From Candidatus Latescibacterota bacterium (GTDB taxonomy: Bacteria; Latescibacterota; UBA2968), in NCBI GenBank assembly GCA_965198115.1, contig OZ240241.1:224001-288000 (forward strand): a stretch of DNA of 64,000 nucleotides, written 5' to 3'. The notes below the pieces were generated by a model that saw only the letters and a list, made by a program, of their open reading frames with translations, made no database searches and was not told where the DNA came from. Shown in pieces: positions 60,136 to 64,000 of the stretch (its first letter is position 1; each line of letters begins with the position of its first letter). A program made the position numbers and the translations under genes.

Positions 60136-61659
60136 ATGGATATAGGTACCCAGAAGCAGCTCCTATTCGACGACAGGTTCATGGAGGCGTCGGAGGGGAT
60201 CAGCCTATGCATGAACCCGCCGTTCCAGCACCCCGAGCCTGTGCTCGTCCCCGAGCGGGTCTGGGAGCGATTGGGCGTGGGTGCCTACAACACGGTGTCC
60301 CTTGAGGCAGACGGCCGCTTTTGTATGTGGTACGAGGCGTGCTACAAAACCCGAGCTCCCGTACTGGAAGGCGCGAGACGACTGTGCTACGCCGAATCGG
60401 ATGACGGTGTGCATTGGGAGAAGCCTTCACTCGGCCTGATCAGCTTCAATGGCTCGAAGGACAATAACATTATCGCCCCGCTCTGTGAGAACCAGAGCAT
60501 CGATGGAGGTACGGTCGTGCGCGACGAGCGTGCCCCCGCTGACGAGCGTTACAAGCTGTGGGCCAAGTTTCGGCCGAGCGACGCTCAGCTGGCGGCAGGT
60601 GTGCTTCTGGGTGGGGGACTCTGGGCTTTTCATTCCAGCGACGGGCTTCGCTGGCACGAGTACGACGGACAGCCCAATCCTTTCCTTCAGTGGTGCGACA
60701 CGCAGAACGTGTGCTTCTGGGATGACCGGGTGGAGCTGTATGTCGGCTACACACGCGTACGCGAGACCCAGGTCGCTGAGGAGGCCGCGGCGGCTGACGG
60801 GGGGACCTATCGCAGCGTCGGGCGCATCACCTCACCCGACTTCCGTTCGTGGTCCGAGACGCAGATCGTGTTCGAAGCCGATGCGGACGACCTGGCCATC
60901 CCCGTCCCCTACCAGCGCGAAGGTCCGAGGCCGAACATCGACTATTACACCAGCTGCGCGTTCAAGTACGACGACGCCCAGGACGCATATTTCATGCTGC
61001 CCTCGGCCTTCTATCACTGGGGGGACGCTCATCCCCGTTTCCCGGAAATGAACGATTTCCCAGCGACCATGGACGTCCAACTCCTGACCAGCCGTGACGG
61101 CATCGAGTGGCAGCGGGCGGGGGATCGACGGCCGTTCTTGCGGCGTGGGCTGGATGGCTCCCTTTCCGGAGGCATGATTTACGCCAACCCCTGGCCGATC
61201 ACGGTGGGCGACGAACTGTGGATCTATTACTCCGGAAGAGGCTACACACACGACGAGTCGTGGCTCCTGAACACCGGTAAGACCAAATGGGACGAGCTGA
61301 AGACCCGGCAGAGCGGCATCTTTCGCGCCACGATGCGGCGTGACGGGTTCGTTTCGGCCGATGCCGGCTACGGGGGCGGGGAGTTCACCACGCCGGTACT
61401 CCAGTTCGGCGGGGACCGCCTCGAGTTGAACTGTGACGGCGGGGCCGGCGGTTGGCTCAAAGTCGAGATTCAGGACCCGGACGGTCAGCCGTTGCCGGGG
61501 TATACTCTGGCTGACGCCGTGGCTGTGGTGGGAAACTCTACGTGCAAGCCCGTGAAGTGGACGGATCGAGACGGCGTGGATGAGCTGGTTGGACAACCGG
61601 TCAGGCTGCGATTTGTGATGCGGGACGTGAAGCTCTACGCATTCCAGTTCTCACGATGA
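60136..61659 (+). CDS. Beta-propeller glycosidase-like protein (GH32/GH43 clan-like)
   Basis: QLLFDD, YAESDDGVHWEKPSLG, SSDGLRW, DTQN, SRDGIEW, RRDGFVS, KLYAFQF. Confidence 0.7.
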   Translation: MDIGTQKQLLFDDRFMEASEGISLCMNPPFQHPEPVLVPERVWERLGVGAYNTVSLEADGRFCMWYEACYKTRAPVLEGARRLCYAESDDGVHWEKPSLGLISFNGSKDNNIIAPLCENQSIDGGTVVRDERAPADERYKLWAKFRPSDAQLAAGVLLGGGLWAFHSSDGLRWHEYDGQPNPFLQWCDTQNVCFWDDRVELYVGYTRVRETQVAEEAAAADGGTYRSVGRITSPDFRSWSETQIVFEADADDLAIPVPYQREGPRPNIDYYTSCAFKYDDAQDAYFMLPSAFYHWGDAHPRFPEMNDFPATMDVQLLTSRDGIEWQRAGDRRPFLRRGLDGSLSGGMIYANPWPITVGDELWIYYSGRGYTHDESWLLNTGKTKWDELKTRQSGIFRATMRRDGFVSADAGYGGGEFTTPVLQFGGDRLELNCDGGAGGWLKVEIQDPDGQPLPGYTLADAVAVVGNSTCKPVKWTDRDGVDELVGQPVRLRFVMRDVKLYAFQFSR

Positions 61660-62901
61660 GTAGAACCAGTCCGTCGAGACGACCCGGACCTTGTTTCCTC
61701 GATCGTAGGGTGCCAGCCCGAACTCCTCCATCAGCGCGTCGAAGTCCATCCCGTAGGTGTCGGTTATGACCGCCTTGTCGCCCCAGACGAGCATGCTGTA
61801 GGTGATGACCGCCTTGTCGCCGATGAAGGTGATGGTCGGTTCGTTGTAGCGAAGGGGAGCCGGCGCCCGGTGGTAGCGCTTGCGATCCACCGGCTGCCGA
61901 TAGCCCCCGTCGAGGCCGACCTCGATGACGTCCGGCTCGACGTGCGCCGTGTCGTCCAGTGATTCGAGATTCTTGTGGTGCTCCCAGGTCTCACCTTCAT
62001 CTCGGCTGATCGCGCACGTAAGGCGGTGCCGGTAGAGCCCGATCATGTACTCCCAGCGGGACGTCTGGTTCCAGACGACCAGGAGGTCGCCGGTGCCGGG
62101 TATTCTCCTGACGTTCGTGGGCGATGGAACCAGCGTGAGGCCGGTCGACTGGGGCTCCATCCAGGTTTCGCCGGCGTCGTCCGAGTAAGACTTGAACACC
62201 TGACCCAGGTAGGTCCGGCCAAGCATGAGTATGCGCCCATCGGTCAGCTCGATGACCGACGGCTCCTCGAAGGAGTGGTTCCCGGCCGAGCCGCTATCGA
62301 GCGTGACGAAGGTCTCGTTCCGGCTCCGGGTCCAGGTCCGGCCCTCGTCATCCGAGTAGTAGACGTAGCTATATCTGAGGTGACACGCGATGTTGGCGCC
62401 AAAGTAGTCCTCGCCGAAGCGCTTGAGACGCTTTGGCTTGGGCGACAGGGGTGTCGGAGCGATGTGCGAGTGGGCGGGGACCAGGATCCGACCGCTCTTC
62501 AGGACGATGCAGACGTCGTGAGCCGCAAAGGCGGTCGTGCCCGACGGATTGATCTGGACGCCCTCCGACCATGTCTTTCCCTCGTCTCTTGAGCGGTGGA
62601 ACGTCTGCTGGCCGCTCGAGATCATCTGGACCAGGCCCAGGTCCCCGCTCGGAAGCCTGAGCAGGTGCGTGCCGAAGAGACAGGGCATGGTCTCGCCGCC
62701 CTGGAGCAGGAGCGGCTCAGGATCGCTCCAGGTCTGGCCCTGGTCGTCCGAGTAGTTGGCGTGGACGCGATCTTCGGGCCGTCCACGTCCCTCCCCCCAG
62801 ACCCACACGAGCCGTCCGTCGTTCAAGGGAACTACGCTGCCGTAGGAGGGGCTGAGCGGGATCTTGTCGTGGTGGATTACGGTGTTGACGAACTCGGTCA
62901 C
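61651..62901 (-). CDS. Sialidase/BNR (Asp-box) family protein
   Basis: Five S.D.G.TW Asp boxes; FEEPSVIELTDGRILMLGRT. Confidence 0.88.
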   Translation of the reverse strand: MTEFVNTVIHHDKIPLSPSYGSVVPLNDGRLVWVWGEGRGRPEDRVHANYSDDQGQTWSDPEPLLLQGGETMPCLFGTHLLRLPSGDLGLVQMISSGQQTFHRSRDEGKTWSEGVQINPSGTTAFAAHDVCIVLKSGRILVPAHSHIAPTPLSPKPKRLKRFGEDYFGANIACHLRYSYVYYSDDEGRTWTRSRNETFVTLDSGSAGNHSFEEPSVIELTDGRILMLGRTYLGQVFKSYSDDAGETWMEPQSTGLTLVPSPTNVRRIPGTGDLLVVWNQTSRWEYMIGLYRHRLTCAISRDEGETWEHHKNLESLDDTAHVEPDVIEVGLDGGYRQPVDRKRYHRAPAPLRYNEPTITFIGDKAVITYSMLVWGDKAVITDTYGMDFDALMEEFGLAPYDRGNKVRVVSTDWFYSS

Positions 62902-63059
62902 TTGCGGAGAACCATCCCCTCTTCGGTACCGATAAAAGCTGCAGGATCTTTGTCTGACTTACCGCGATTCTCCACGAGGTTGACAGAGAGGTTCAGGGCC
63001 CTGAGTTTCGGCAGACCCGAAAGGGGAGAGATATCTCTGACCTGGGTTATTGCTGACAT
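62898..63059 (-). pseudogene. Short remnant containing one leucine-rich repeat
   Basis: RBS ggagg; MSAITQVRDISPLSGLPKLRALNLSVN; stop overlaps the sialidase start. Confidence 0.45.
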
Positions 63060-63282
63060 CGAACTCCTCCAGTTCCAGACTAATCTCTGACTCGTATTTC
63101 TGTATGAGCGGTCTACCTCATCGTGGATAATGGCTCCTCGCACCGAGGGTATAGGTGCTCGATTCCTCAGACCGCGCTTGCTCAGACAGGGGCCCCCGTA
63201 TATTCTTCCGGTCCACACAAGGATGTGGGCGGCCAAGGATGCCCAGACTGATTCAGGACCAACTTTATCTACAGGTTCCCAC

Positions 63283-64000
63283 ATGAATTCGAAATGCAGA
63301 CGCTTTGAAGGAAAGATCGCGCTGGTGACCGGCGCCGCCAACGGGTTTGGAAGAGCGACCGTGCACAGACTGGTCGACGAGGGACTGGACACAGTCTTCA
63401 TCGTTGACCGCGAAGTCGACGGCGCGCAGAAAGAATTGGAGAAAGTCGAGGCCGCGGGAGGAAAGGGCTACGTCGTCGAAACCGATGTCTCGAGTATCGA
63501 ATCTGTCGAAGCGATGGGACAGGAAGTCGCCTCCAGGACCGACCGCCTGGACGTGCTCGTCAATTGCGCGGGAATCGGCGGAGGCGGACTGGGGCAAGTT
63601 GAAGCAGATTTCTTGTCATCCTGGGACAACGTGATGAACGTCAACCTGCGCGGAACCCTGATCGTCATCCAAGCGCTGCTCCCGCTGATCAAGGTCAACG
63701 GGGGCGCGATCATCAACATCTCGTCCGACGGCGGCCACCGGGGAAGAACGGGTGCGCTCGTTTACGACGCGAGCAAAGCGGCGGTTGCCAAGACCAGCCG
63801 AAACATGGCCTGTGACCTCGTCCGGTACGGAATCCGCGTCAACGATGTGGCTCCGGGGTGGGCGGCCACGGAGTTCCATTTCGGAGACGCCCCGGATCCT
63901 GAGGCAAAGCGCAAAGAGCTGGAAGAGATGGAAGTTGACACGAACCCCATGAAGCGTCTTGCCCTGCCGCACGAAATCGCCGCCGGCATCGCCTACCTGG
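63283..64000 (+). CDS. SDR family oxidoreductase (runs off the window)
   Basis: FEGKIALVTGAANGFG, LVNCAG, IINISS, YDASK, GIRVNDVAPG. Confidence 0.92.
   Translation, partial: MNSKCRRFEGKIALVTGAANGFGRATVHRLVDEGLDTVFIVDREVDGAQKELEKVEAAGGKGYVVETDVSSIESVEAMGQEVASRTDRLDVLVNCAGIGGGGLGQVEADFLSSWDNVMNVNLRGTLIVIQALLPLIKVNGGAIINISSDGGHRGRTGALVYDASKAAVAKTSRNMACDLVRYGIRVNDVAPGWAATEFHFGDAPDPEAKRKELEEMEVDTNPMKRLALPHEIAAGIAYL

Overview
GC-rich bacterial chromosomal window with almost no core genes (a tRNA-Pro and a lone fliG). It is dominated by accessory catabolic genes: 3 sulfatases, 5 full phytanoyl-CoA dioxygenase (PhyH)-family genes plus a fusion and remnants, SDRs, M19 dipeptidases, beta-propeller glycosidases, a sialidase and MFS transporters. 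This gene mix resembles Latescibacterota/Poribacteria-type heterotrophs (inference only). Mobile DNA is abundant: two near-identical ISL3 copies, IS630, ISAzo13, two IS256 (one with an IS1182 nested in its terminal repeat), a 329-bp MITE, REP-like palindromes and short 7/9/10-mer stutter repeats at gene junctions. The most notable structure is a decayed, integrase-less integron-like cassette array on the minus strand at about 48.1-53.3 kb. It carries an APH(3')-III-like kinase and an alginate-lyase/PhyH fusion, and some of its attC-like sites are unusually short (43-46 bp; a further 51-bp site lies at 37954). A structured ncRNA candidate follows fliG. Many genes carry single frameshifts, some probably assembly errors. 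All calls come from motif recognition by eye; no searches were run.
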